This document shows positions 1 through 13,640 of a DNA stretch of 64,000 nt, piece after piece. Each line of letters starts with the position of its first letter. The stretch's first letter is position 1. Source of the stretch: Ylistrum balloti (lineage: Eukaryota); the NCBI RefSeq assembly GCF_031769215.1, contig NW_026782621.1:868001-932000 (forward strand), in the 5' to 3' direction. Under the pieces are notes generated by a model. That model was not told the origin of the DNA, did no database searches, and was given only the letters and a program-made list of their open reading frames with translations. The translations under genes and the position numbers were made by a program.

Positions 1-3000
1 TGTTTTCTTTGAACTTCTAATTTATATTTGAATTTTCCAGGTATACCTTTACTTAGTATATAGTTTGTCACATACAGCTTTCAGGGTTGTTCCTGCAGGG
101 TTAAGAGCAAGTTCAGGTGTCAAATAAGTTGAACTTTTGAATTGACATTGATATTAGGAAACAAAAAATTTTGAGAAGACATTTTGTTTAATTGAAGTCT
201 GAAAATCAGTAGAATTAATTGAAATATCTGGTCCAAAGTGATTACATGTACTGAGGCATTTAAGATGAAGCATAATAGCGTTTTACAGGGTTACAATTCA
301 GATATTTATAATTCAATGTGTATTTTGAAAAGAAAACCAAAATCCCAAATAAAATATGAAAATCTCATGACTCAACCTTTAGACCAACAAAAGCTGTTGC
401 TAGTCTCTAGATACTTTGTTGCTGTAGGATGGGGACTAACTGTCATGTAGTATGAAAACCGAACTGGGAATTTATATATGACAAAAATAAATATTTTAAG
501 TGATAATTCTCCACAAAATTATGTGCTTCAAAATTTGAATATTATACTATATGTAGTATTTACATCAAAGCTTACTGATTTCTTTCTGAATCACCAATTC
601 AATTTAATTGAAATTTTCTAAAAATTTGCTGAAAAAAATTATTTAAAGTCTTCATGTGATTGTTTCTTTTTGACCTACATTGTGTATTATGACTGGGGAC
701 TGGGACAACCTAAGGATGTACTGGTGTTGAAATCTGAAGTACTGACAATTGAGAGTATGTCCATGATGAGGTCAGTGTTACACAGATAATTGGAGTCATC
801 TACCAACCATGTGTAACTGTGTCTCAGGCTACTTACTGCTATATAAGGCTAGCTGTGTGTAATTATCTTATATTGTCAATAATTTGAGTGCTGTAATTTT
901 GTTGGTACAGTAATAAGAGAACTGATGGGAGTTTAGTTTGGACTTTGTATCTGTGTAACAAAAATCAGGACTAAACCTGACCATCTGTAGATTGTCTAGA
1001 TACTGACAAATGAAATTGCATGAGACATAATTCTCGTTTGACTTTGAACAATTTGTATAAAATGTGATGTGGTTAAATACAATTTACTTATGATAATAAC
1101 ATGAAACATTTTAAGGGTTGAAAAAAAATTAATGACATCATATGCACTGTGATGTCATCAAAGGGAAGGATGTTGGTGAGAATATCACAAATTAAGATTA
1201 TATATTAGTCTAAATCTTTTCAATTTTTTATAATTTTGAATTATGTGGTAAACAAAATCTCACATAGGATGTCTATTTCGTAAGAACTTGATACTGTCTA
1301 ATAACATCTAGGAGATCTCAACCCATTGGGAAAGATTATTATGTTGACAAACACAAGGTCCTTACAGACATGCTTGGGCCAAAATTCCTATCAAACTTTA
1401 AGGTCCTTAACTAAAAGTCCAGACAAATGTTGAAGAGATCACTCTGATCACAGTCCATTACTTACAATCCAGTCCAGTAATATTGCTTCACCTTTCCCCA
1501 ATCATCTTGCAGAGGTCATTACTTATAAGGACATATTGTATGGTTCAGGTGTTACAACATTTTACGATGGTGACCTATTGCAATCACCTTCATCTGGCAG
1601 ACTTGCGGACGTAAACAATGTAACATTTTCACAAATCTCTTGATCTGATTTTTTTAATTCAAGCTTGGTTAGAATTATGAGTGAAGGATGACGACTTGGT
1701 GGTATGTCCATATTGATTTTGACTGAGCACCAGGGACTGATGAGTTGGACCAAAAAGGGTTAAATTGACTTAAATTTCAAAAACCTTCTTTCCAAAAGCC
1801 AGGTATGATAGAATCAAGAGTCACATTTCCTTTTGGGGAGGAAGTTTATTTCAAACTGGAAATAACTTTGTAAGAATTATCAGTATAGGATGTCAGTTTT
1901 GATGGTATGCATGTATTGTCATTGGCTTACTATATTCATTGTCACAATTTCTGTATCATGACACTTGATAACTAACCTTTAAACTTTATATTCAATATTG
2001 CTTAATTCAGGTGACAGTCAAGGCCACTAGACCTTCTATTTAGTTTTGTCACAGACACAATTTTATGAAAAATTGCATTTGTATTATGAGAAATCATTTC
2101 TATACTAAACATTCTTGAGGTAAATACTAAGTATTGAATGCATATTGTGTGATGTTCGAAAAAAATATGATTTGCCAATTATAGATTTAATAGATGTACA
2201 CACATAAAGTTGTCTTTCGAAGATAATTTATTCTGCTAAATTGACAAATTGGCTGTGAAAAAGAGTGACTAACTCTAATCAGGCAGATCACACAACACAG
2301 TAAACCCATTGGTGATGGGTATATATATATATATATTGATCACGGTTGATTCATCGTTTCTTTGGGAATCCCCTGATTCTCATCAATGACCATGTGTCAC
2401 TGTGGTGATTCAGGTATCCTTAGAGGTCAAGGTCATCCTACTGACAAGGGATTCTTTGGAATATAAGAACTGTAGATATTTAGGAATGACTGTATGATGT
2501 ATGGCCCTGCTTAAACTGATTTGTATGACAAAAGATGGGTGGAAGAATCCAATAGACCTATTCTGCTCTTGCTGGAAATCAATACCGAACATAGAGCTGC
2601 TAATATCTGATGGCGTCTCTCTCTGCTGGAACCTAAAGTGTTTAGACAAAGTAATAATTGTCACACATAATCTAAAAGGCAGACTGCAGGAAAGATTAAA
2701 TGGGATATCATTGATGGATTTTACTGAGGTTTGTCAATGGAACCTGATTGTTCACACCTACATGGAGCAATTGCAATGATTTTTTTTGACTAAGTATAGT
2801 AAAAAATACTTGATGATCATTGATTACAGCGTCTTTAAAGTAATCATTGTGCCAAGATTACCTAGAGTGTAATTAAGACATTCCCTGGTGTCTTAGAAGT
2901 CTTTAACATGTCATGTTTCATTTATGTTTTCTTGCTAATACTCTCTTGTTGAAATTAACATTATATGAAAATGTACATATACACTCCACCCCAGTTGAAA

Positions 3001-3327
3001 TTACTTGTAAATGTATACTTACAAGGGAAAAAATGAGAGTAATGTGTGGATTTATAGTACTAGAATCACAATGTCTTGTATTTTCTGTATATTGACATGT
3101 AAGTGTTTGAAATCGAGATTGTGAGTAAATACAATTTAATGAAATTGAGGAGTATGCTTAGTGGCATAAAATCATAGTTTGTGATCACAATTTGAATTTG
3201 AGGTAGGTGTTAAATTATTGTGATGTCATGGATTATGACGCTGTGGAGCTGTGAAGCTGTATTATTGATAATAAGTCATAAGAATGTCATCATAATTGTG
3301 ATTTAAAGTTTGGTTGTATGATTGCAG

Positions 3328-6300
3328 GTGTGGCTGACCTTGATGATGTACATGTATCACCAGATTTATCTCATCGTCTAACTGCAAATGGCAAACAGCG
3401 TCCTTCCAGTACTGCAAAGAATTATGATTATGCTGACTATGAGGGACACCAGTATGAAGAACTTCCTCACCCAAAGCAAGTTATTGTGTAATTGTGTACA
3501 CTTAAACAGCATTTAGTCTTATACAACTAATGACAACAGATTCTGATGATGGTTAATCTTCAAATTTAAGCTGATGAGTTGAATACAGGAAAAAGAAATT
3601 GTTGTAAAATCATATTCCTTAATGATAGCTCAATACTAATGAAATTTCACTTGTAAAAGTTTATGTTTTAACTAACGATTGATTTTTCTCTAGGCCTGAA
3701 GGAGGGAGACAGACCTCTCCAGAGTCCTGCTCTGAGTACCAGTCATCAGCAGGCACAGTTACAGCAGAAACACCCTCCGAGTCTGGGGATACTGCTGCTA
3801 TTGTACGCAATTCTGATCAGAGGCAAGTTGATTTGTAATTGAATCATTCTCGTCATAAATTTTATCTTTACAATAGGACGTGATATCTATGTGGTACATT
3901 ACAATAAAAACACACCTTCAGTAGAGTTTTTATTACCATGTAGATTTTTGTGACTAAGTGCTCCTGGTCTGTATCACACCATGATCAGTGCTGGTTGTCT
4001 TAGTCATTGCTGTCAAAGGTTGTGTTTTTTTTACTGCAACAACCCTGATCACATTATAATCAGTTTAAATCAACTCCCTGAAGTAAGAAGCAATTAATCA
4101 CTCTGTATGATACATTGTAAGTTGTCTTCATTGACAATTATTGTGTGAAATTTTTCCTTACAGAAAGCTCAGCAACAAAATGTTGGTTGACTCCCTTTAT
4201 TATTTTTGTTTCCATTTGTTACATAAAAAGGCCTTACAATGCTTTGATTGACATATTGTTCGTTGTTTCTCTTGATTATGATTACAAACATTCATTCCTG
4301 ACAAGAATGTATTAAATCATTATAGGACTGTATTGATAATTTCCCTTAATGATGTTTGTCTTACTTAAAAGGAAAGTTTCTACAACTCTCTGTATGAAAC
4401 TGTGCTGGTTGTTTCCCTTGACAAGGATTGTAGACATTTTTCTCCACAGGAGGCGTTATGACTCCCTGTAGAATTCATCGTTAGTTGTCTCCTTTGACAA
4501 TAATTTGGTACTCTATATGATACACTTTGGTTGTCTCCATTTCCTATGATTATGTATATTTTATCCCACAGGAAGCGTTACAACCCTCTGTATGATACCA
4601 TGATCAGTTCTTCTCCTAACATCTACAACAAAGTCAAGGCCACTCAGCCAGACAATAGTATACAAGAAAAATTGAAGATGATGAAAATAATTGTCATTTT
4701 CCTTATCCTTATCTCCTGTCTATCTCTTGCCATCAGCCTCTACATCGTCATCGTCTATTCAGCAGGTAAACAAACTAGACACAATTTTAGTCACTTGGAA
4801 CCGATTTGATAAAAGTTAATGTGCAAGACAATGCCATGGAATATTTCATTATTCCACAACTGGGTTAAAAGTCAAATAATGAATATATCATTACAATGTA
4901 TTAGCTATTTAGATGATGAAACATCTCATTTTATAGGCAACCATTATACACTTTTTTGGAGATTACTTTTTTATTCATAATCTTTGTACTTTACAGGTCC
5001 ACTTACAATACAAAGTCTACAGAAAGATTTGAACAGCCTCCACAATAATTACTCAGATCTCAATCAGAAGGTATTATACTGTTTACATGTAAAATGCTGT
5101 TATACTGTATTTATCCTCAAATAAGCCCCCTAGCCTAGTGTTAAAGTTTAGTTTTAGAGTTTGGTGAGGGCTTATTTGGCCTTTTAGCATACTATTTTAA
5201 AATTGATGATTCTGCAAAAATGAAGAAGGGATTTATTAGTCGGAGTGGGCTTATTTGCGAATAAATACGGTAATTAACTGACACATAAACTACAGCCAAT
5301 GGACAATCAAACACCTATCTGGAAGTACAATCATCCTAACTTGTGAAAATGTGCTTCATTTCATTTATTGAGCAAAATATTAGTGTTTGCTTATTAATCA
5401 TTATGATAACATACAAACCATTACTTCATGAAAAAACAAAGTGTCTCTTAACAAATATTTGAAGACTTGCACAAAAATATTATAAATTATTCAGAATTTA
5501 TAAATCAGTGCTTCTTACATTGTACTTAGAACAGAAAACACTAAATGGTGTGTATTAATATTTAAATGATTCCTTTCTTTCCACAGCTACAGTTTCTAGA
5601 GTCTGTGATGTCTGGGAATACATCAGTTGATTACCTTGAGGAGCTTGGTCAACGTGTAAGTAAAAAAAATACAGTAACAATATTTCCAGACAAAAGTCAA
5701 TTTGGCTGGTGTTGGTTTATAGCTTTTCGTCAAAAGCATAATGGGTGGAAATAGCAAGTGGGTGAAAACAGTTGTTTGGTTTGCATATCGCATGGAATGA
5801 GTCATTGGCTGTATGTAGTAAAGGAGACAGCATGGAGTTAAGAATCAATATACATGTATTTGTTATGTATACCTGTAGCTCTGTACAATCTGTTCCCCAA
5901 CCATGATAGATTTTTGTGATGTATATATGAACAGTCCAAAGGTAATGTTTTTGCATGCTTGTATAATATAACTTTCATTATCTCTTCCTCTACCTGTTGT
6001 AGTTTGACAATACACATGATAGACTGAATCTGTTGGAAAATACATGTTTCAACAGTTTGAATAAAAATCTTATTACATATGTGTGCAATATGAAATGAAC
6101 TTTAACTGTGTTTTTTAACACAGAGAATCTCCTTGTGTAGAACCAAAACCTGTGATGGAAATATCAATGTTGCTAGTAGAATTTTAATGCTGTCCAGGAC
6201 TGTAAGCCTACAATGTATACTTCCCATCTGGTTACCAGAACATCTATCGATAATTGTGACCTAGTTAGAACCCTAGAACAACAGATCATGTACAGGTATG

Positions 6301-8497
6301 TTTTGATAATGACAAACACTTCGTACAAAACCAAATTTCCTGATGTGGTAGTATATTCTTATATTGGAAGGCAATTGCAACCAGCTTTAGGTAGTGCTAC
6401 TGTAGGCTACTGGAAAACCCTGCTTCCATTCTTTAGTGTTATTTTTTATGTTTTATTTACTCAAATAAATGGTCAGAAAGATGCCCTAGTATAAATACCA
6501 TTTTTGTTTCCAGGTGTCTGAACTGAAGACAGAAACTTCAACAAAGCTACTCACTTTAGAAAAGAATTTACTGGAAACAAAAGCTTTGCTTCAACACAAC
6601 CAGAAAAATATAGACAATGTTTATGGAAATGCATCCCTGCAGATCAACGCCACACAACATGATCTGTTTGCATTCCAATCTAACTTCACCTCCCAATTGA
6701 CAATTATACAGAGTGATTTTGAGGACAGACTCAGCATAATTTCAAAAATGCCCGGTCCAAAGGTAAAGGATTAGATGAATCATTATGATGAGGATGAGAA
6801 GTTCTATTGAACTTTTTTAAGAGATTACCTGTATAATGAGACCACTTTCAAACTATTTAGATCAATGCCTATATCATGAGACCACTTGGATTATCAGTCC
6901 ACTATGTGATGTCTGGTTTAGGAGTCTATAAGCTTATTCTGACAATCTGAAATTTATAAAGAGCGAAGAGTTTTCATTAAAAATTTTCCAATCTTTTTGC
7001 ATGTTATTATTTCAAAACTCTTGTTTGATTTATGCTTAGGTTTTCCCATTTGAATGGCATGTTATTTATACTGCTTTATATCCTTTGTAAACTTATTTCA
7101 AAGTGAATTCTGCAGCTAAATGTAAAGTCATGTATTTGTGTGATAAAATCATATATATCATGTTCTGGTGGAGATATTGCTTGGTTCAATTTCAACCGAA
7201 ATACTTTCAAATATTGATTATAATAAAAAAAAAAGTGGGGAAAAAAATTGAAAACATTTTTTTAAAATTCCAGTTGAGTAAAGGCATATTTACAGTTTTA
7301 GACAGAAATAGTGCTCAGGTGGTTCAGATTCCCTGTCACGTTGGTGAAAGATGGGTGTCACCTACTGAGGCACTGCCTAAGAGGACACACCTACCTTTCA
7401 CCTACCTGGACAAGTGTCCTTGTGGAAATTGATGAAGCCACCAAATGTATAAGGCCACTTGACCTGGCAATGTAGGTTTTACTGAGACCTCATTGCTTTA
7501 TAATCTCAGCTTTCAGAAGGGTTTTAAATAATTTGACAGATCTGCTCAGAGACGTATATATCACATATATATACGTCTCTGATCTGCATTAACAATTGTT
7601 ATAAAAACAAAATTTCAAAATTCAAAATTGTATAATAATCAAAGCCTTCTTCAAAATATCCATTTAATGATATGTAAAATATATTGGTAAACATTATTTA
7701 AATTGCTATACATCCAGTTAACACGCAATCTATGAGTCAAAGTTATCAGGATTAATGTTTGGATAATGAAGAGCAATGAAAAGCATTTAGTTGTAATTCT
7801 GCTGAATCAGCAATAGTTATGGGTGGTCTTCATTTTTACATGACATGGGCATATTGTCAGATCAATACTATAATCCAGGTAAGTTCTTCTTGTAAGAAGA
7901 TGTTGAAGAAACATCTGACACGCGTCTTGTACCAATTTTACTGACTTGTGCTTTTGTTGACAGGGACCTCCAGGTGTGGGAAATTTGTCAGCATGTTATA
8001 TGAGGGACTTTGATGCACTGTCCTCATCACAGACTCCTCAAACAGATACACAGTGGGAGCCAGACTCAGATGTGCTAAAGGTATTTGTTTACCAAAGGGA
8101 ATAGCATTTCTCCATATACAAATTAATGCAGATGCCTGTTAATAGCCATAACAAACCCATTTGAAATAAATCATAAATTGATAAGAACCCATCTTCCTAC
8201 TATTCATAGCTAGAAGTTTTTAAAACAGTTGTTGCACTAAGAAATATAGAATAAATAATTTTAATATATTTCATTATGGAACTTCATTGTGTTTTTCAGA
8301 CAAATGTAGTGATGTTTGCAGTATGTGGGGTCAAGAACGGTGTTGAGCGTTACCTCGAGGTCAGAGAGTCCAGCGCAGGCACTAACAAATTCCAGTACCG
8401 ATGTTTGTGTTCAGGGAGGCTAAGCTCAAGTGGCACAACCAGGACCTGTATAACACATTTGTGGCTCTGTCCGCGTGAGAGTTTTGGGGGCAGCTGA
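3328..8497 (+). CDS. Uncharacterised type II transmembrane protein (Tyr-motif cytoplasmic tail, TM, coiled coil, GPKGPPG collagen-like stub, Cys-rich C-terminal domain); 5' end not resolved
   Basis: Phase-compatible exons: 3328-3475, 3694-3822, 4572-4765, 4997-5070, 5587-5655, 6124-6201 (least certain), 6514-6762, 7964-8080, 8300-8497 (TGA). Together they give an open frame of about 417 aa: ...NYDYADYEGHQYEELPHPK-PEGGRQ...RYNPLYDT...KIIVIFLILISCLSLAISLYIVIVYSAG (TM)-PLTIQSLQKDLNSL...VSELKTETSTKLLTLEKNLLE (coiled coil)...MPGPKGPPGVGNLSACY...VCGVKNG...YRCLCSG...CITHLWLCPRESFGGS*. The first two introns use GC donors. Confidence 0.75.
3960..4620 (+). repeat. Degenerate tandem repeat (~60-75 bp units) in the intron, ending in the 5' part of exon 4572
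   Basis: Recurring motifs 'ctctgtatga(t/a)ac', 'gttgtct(c)c..tgacaa' and 'ccacagga(a/g)gcgtta' at ~3968, ~4100, ~4388, ~4445, ~4510 and ~4567-4605. Confidence 0.6.
7546..7582. mobile_element. Tiny perfect inverted repeat (collapsed MITE-like footprint)
   Basis: tcagagacgtatata-(7 nt loop)-tatatacgtctctga, with a 15-bp perfect stem. 'atctgc' is repeated on both flanks like a target-site duplication. Confidence 0.45.
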
Positions 8498-8777
8498 AAG
8501 GAGATTTGTTCAATAATGCCAAGAGAGATTCCATGTTGATTTCTTGTGACAAATTTGACACTTGTATTATACATACAGTATGTGGTCTGGTGCGAAAATA
8601 AACAGAGTGACTACCTATACTGTGTAATACTTGGATGCACATTCCAGAGTGTCACTACTACAGCTGTATAATAGAGTCATCAGAATTTAACTTATATGTT
8701 ATGTAAACCAAGGATGCTGTTGTAAGACCTGAATCAGCAATGTGCAGTATAATCCATCAACAAAGCTTTCTGATTAA

Positions 8778-9211
8778 GGACAGGATTCAAGATATATATA
8801 TCTGTACTGTCCTGCTTCATAGCTAGGACACAGGATTCAATTAATATATGTGTACTGTTCTACTTAACCGGTATTACACAGGATTCAAGATATATATGCT
8901 TACTGTCCTACTTCACAGCGAGGACACAGGATTCAATAAATATATCTGTACTGTCCATCTTTGCAGCGAGGACACAGGATTCAATAAATATATCTGTACT
9001 GCCCTACTTCACAGCGAGGACACAGGATTCAATAAATATATCTGTACTGCCCTTCTTTGCAGCGAGGACACAGGATTTAATAAATATATCTGTACTGCCC
9101 TTCTTTGCAGCGAGGACACAGGATTCAATATATATATCTGTACTGCCCTTCTTTGCAGCGAGGACACAGGATTCAATATATATATCTGTACTGCCCTTCT
9201 TTGCAGCGAGG
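8778..9211. repeat. 48-bp minisatellite (~9 copies)
   Basis: Unit acacaggattcaataaatatatctgtactgcccttctttgcagcgagg. It explains the 16-aa periodic ORF 8848-9321. Confidence 0.95.
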
Positions 9212-9866
9212 CAATATATATATATCTATATATGTACCATCCTGAGTTACAGCTATGGTGCAGGATTCAAAGAAGGAGTCTGTTTAGTGTTTCTTTACAA
9301 CTAATCAGTAATTACAGATAAAGTTAGACAAACTTAATCAATTATAGAAAAAGTTATAATGTTTACAAATCATAAATGGCTACCTTATAGACATTCCTTA
9401 ATGTGTGATGCAATATCAAATACTTCGACATGTCTGTTTAAACATTGATTTCAGATGAGTACATGTAAGATGAAGAGTCAGTGAAACTACTGCTAAGCCT
9501 TTCTTATTTGACCTCTGAGTATCTTGATGTCCATTTCTTTCCAACCTCAAGCTCTGAACTAATTTCTGAATTTAAAAAAAAATGAAACAAAACCTTTGTA
9601 TCCTGACATCCTAAATTTTACACGAGTCCTACTCACTGAAATTCATTTCTAATAACAAAACATTCTTTAAATTGAATGTGGTGTAGTCTGGCACTCAAAG
9701 CAGTATGACCGTGTTTGAGAAGTTGGCCAGTTATGGACACTCAACAAATCTCATTGTAGTTTGAAATAGTGAATTTTCACTATTTGGTCCATCAGTAATA
9801 GACACTCTATTGATACCTATGACATTAGGAAGGAATGGGAACATGTGGAAAGGTCTACTCGTTTTC

Positions 9867-10618
9867 TCAGCCTGAAGAGTAGAAATGAGTGTAGATGAGA
9901 ATAGACAGCCTGAAGAGTAGAAATGAGTGTAGATGAGAATAGACAGCCTGAATAGTAGAAATGAGTGTAGATGAGAATACACAGCCTGAAGAGTAGAAAT
10001 GAGTGTAGATGAGAATACACAGCCTGAATAGTAGAAATGAGTGTAGATGAGAATAGACAGCCTGAAGAGTAGAAATGAGTGTAGATGAGAATACACAGCC
10101 TGAAGAGTAGAAATGAGTGTAGATGAGAATAGACAGCCTGAAGAGTAGAAATGAGTGTAGATGAGAATACACAGCCTGAATAGTAGAAATGAGTGTAGAT
10201 GAGAATGACAGTGTAGATGAGTGTAGATGAGAATACACAGCCTGAAGAGTAGAAATGAGTGTAGATGAGAATAGACAGCCTGAAGAGTAGAAATGAGTGT
10301 AGATGAGAATAGACAGCCTGAAGAGTAGAAATGAGTGTAGATGAGAATAGACAGCCTGAAGAGTAGAAATGAGTGTAGATGAGAATAGACAGTCTGAAGA
10401 GTAGAAATGAGTGTAGATGAGAATAGACAGCCTGAAGAGTAGAAATGAGTGTAGATGAGAATAGACAGCCTGAAGAGTAGAAATGAGTGTAGATGAGAAT
10501 AGACAGCCTGAAGAGTAGAAATGAGTGTAGATGAGAATACACAGCCTGAAGAGTAGAAATGAGTGTAGATGAGAATAGACAGCCTGAAGAGTAGAAATGA
10601 GTGTAGATGAGAATAGAT
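9867..10618. repeat. 38-bp minisatellite (~20 copies)
   Basis: Unit cagcctgaagagtagaaatgagtgtagatgagaataga, nearly identical copies. It produces the spurious 38-aa periodic ORFs on the - strand. Confidence 0.97.
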
Positions 10619-13226
10619 TCAAAGGATAAGAATGTGAAAACAGACTTCAAATAACCATAGATGTTTTTAGTTTCCACTAATGCTTTCAACTCATGGTAGC
10701 TCATTGTTGTAGTTAACAATCTGTGTTTCTTTTTGGATAATATCGGAATATCTAATATGTAAAACTCTTAGTGCCAGTCTTTTATCACATAACCAGACCT
10801 TAACTGCTATTGGTTGTTTGGTTTTAGTTTAAAAATTCATACAAATATTTATAGAATAATTTACTTTTTTATTTGTTGATAAACAGAAAGTTATATATAG
10901 AGGCATTACTAAATATGATCAAGGGCATTAGGGAGCATTTCCTAGTGTTTGAAATATACCTTAAACGTCTTGATGTGGTATAGTGAAATTTTTGTGCTTT
11001 GTCATTTTTGAGCAAGTCCGCGCAAGAATGAATTTGACAAATGGGTATTTTCAACAATTGCTAGAGAAACAACATTTAGGACTACAATTAGCACAAGCAT
11101 ATCTCAGAACAATATTTTTATCATGAAAATGACTGAAATCTAGATTATGTACATCTACAACAACATAACTGTCACCCATCAGCTCTGTGTTGTCATCAGT
11201 ACCAGAATACCACTGCTGGACGGTGGTTCTGTACACTCATCATAAGTGTCAGCTAGGTACTTCATATATAATAGTATGATATCCCAGTAAATTTGATCAG
11301 ACCATGATAATTATGGCCAGAAACCAGGAACTTATCATTTTAATCCACTTTCAATGTAAGTCTTATCTCACTAAAAATGTGTTGATCAGTTGTATGTTGT
11401 CTTGTACTTTCTTTGAATACTGCCTCTGGCTCTTTGCTGACATTTTGTTACATTTAATTCAGTATCCTTGAGTCTCCACTCATGTCCAAATGTCTTACAA
11501 ATACACAGTGTTGGTTTTTATACTTTTATATTTTCCGTGGTAAAAATTACACTTTGATTTTGTGAACCAGGAAATGAGTTGGGAACATTGGTAATAATAC
11601 CTTTCAGTTTCTGACTTGGTCATAATATGATTGTATATATGCTTGGTGGATTTATATACATACTGTAAGACACTTTAATCGTGTGCTTTCAAACTGAATG
11701 TGCAATATATCAGAACTGCTGAAGATTTTACAAAGTATTTTTCCATGAATCTTTGATTTCATGTATACTGAATGGAATCGTGCTGTATCACACTCGTTAC
11801 TGTTTGTATTCACTTTTAAAGAGCTTGATAAAGCTTCTTGTGAACCATTATTTCCATAATTCAAATTTCCTTTCATATGAAATACTTCAAATCATGTAAA
11901 ATCACAAAAATGTTTTTGAAAATTCCATAAATTCAATTTTTTGTCTAGTCGGCTTTGAGATAAAATATGGTGAAGTTTTATGTTTAATTTGTCACTGTAT
12001 GATCTTAAATAGATATAGACTTTGAATTGAGGTATTGTTGAGTTAAAGCCTGGCTTAGAATACTCATGGGAATCGCTGCACAATCCCAAAGTGTTCTTTA
12101 TGGAAGAGCAATATCCATTTTGTAATTATGTGTTCTGCTGTTGCTACTGCTGGCGTCATTCATGTCATCATGAACAATCAAACCTCATAAATTTGGCCAA
12201 CTTTTATCAGTTTCATTCAGCTCACATGATTTACATAGCTATTATATATATAGTGTCAAACTATTGATACCTTTGGTGTTTATTAAGTTGTAGACCATCA
12301 CATGTTATATGATTGTCTACTGTCTGCTTGTTATCAACATTTATCACCTTCACTGCATTATGTGCTCAATTTTTGGACTATTTCATCTGTTTAAAGTTCC
12401 ATCTGATTGGAAATTCTTTTTATCAGGGGTGAATTATTTTATGCAACCTTTAGGAAAAAAGGTCCAATCGGTATCTTCATAAAAGAATTAATGTTTTAAT
12501 AAGAGTGAAATTTCTCAGTTTGGTTGTTTCATAAGATTTAGATTTACTGCCCATCAGGTGAATAAACATCATTGTGTACAACAAATATGTAACTTATAAT
12601 ATGTGAACAATGTAACATGTTGGTAGTGTTGCTTACTTAAATAGCAACTGGAGTGGGAGGGGGGGATTTCCTGTACACTTTATGCATGTTATTGACATTT
12701 GGTACTTTGTGTTTGTTTAAAGTTTGATACTTTTTGTTTCTTACTTAAAGTCCCTACAAAATTTTGTCTCAAACTTTAAACTATTTTGTGGTTGAAGAAA
12801 AGGAACTTTTGTGCCTGTAATGTTTCAGTAATATAACACTGACACTAACAGTGGGTTTAATTTTAATACTGTTCAATTCTCTCATATTTTTCATCATTGT
12901 CAGAAATCCAGGAGACTCTATTCTGTTGTTTGAGTTACTGATGATGGTGAACTTTCTTGTTTGACAAGTGTCAGGCCTTTGCTGTAATAGTTTTATTCAT
13001 AGCAATACAGAAGTTGAACAGTCACTAGTCTTCAATGTGTCACTTATCACTACATGTATGTTTAAACCAACAAAATCCCATACTGCTGTGAAACATGCTG
13101 CATCCATTTTATTGGGTAGACATTGGTGGACATGTCTAACACTGAGCATGTCAAGCAGACAGTTATAAATTCAGTGTTCTGTGGTAGGTGTTTTCTTTAA
13201 TGAATATGTGTACTGGTAGGAATTTT

Positions 13227-13640
13227 CACCATGGAATGTGCTATCAAGTGAACCTGTCCACTAATGAGCATTCCACCATGGAATGTGCTATCTGGTGAAC
13301 CAGTCCACTAATGAGCATTCCACCATGGAATGTGCTATCTAGTGAACCAGTCCACTAATGAGCATTCCACCATGGAATGTGCTATCTTGTGAACCTGTCC
13401 ACTAATGAGTATTCCACCATGGAATGTGCTATCTTGTGAACCTGTCCACTAATGAGTATTCCACCATGGAATGTGGTATCTGGTGAACCAGTCCACTAAT
13501 GAGCATTCCACCATGGAATGTGCTATCTGGTGAACCAGTCCACTAATGAACATTCCACCATGGAATGTGCTATCTTGTGAACCTGTCCACTAATGAGCAT
13601 TCCACCATGGAACACACTATCTACTGAACCTGTCCACTAG
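13227..13640. repeat. 47-bp minisatellite (~9 copies)
   Basis: Unit ccaccatggaatgtgctatctggtgaaccagtccactaatgagcatt. Confidence 0.95.

Noticed and set aside
690-776. Possible first coding exon of gene 1 (ATG TCC ATG ATG AG|gtcagt)
   Set aside because: It ends in phase 2 while exon 3328 starts in phase 1, and I found no convincing bridging exon, so the start is left unresolved.
1430-1642. Open stretch containing SDHSPL, reminiscent of an APE endonuclease end
   Set aside because: There are no other LINE endonuclease motifs nearby, so it is too weak to call.
8848-9321. 157-aa + strand ORF with 16-aa repeats
   Set aside because: It is a translation of the 48-bp minisatellite and has no splice or start context.
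9731-10719. Long - strand ORFs (300, 251 and 121 aa)
   Set aside because: They are artefacts of the stop-free 38-bp minisatellite (38-aa periodicity).
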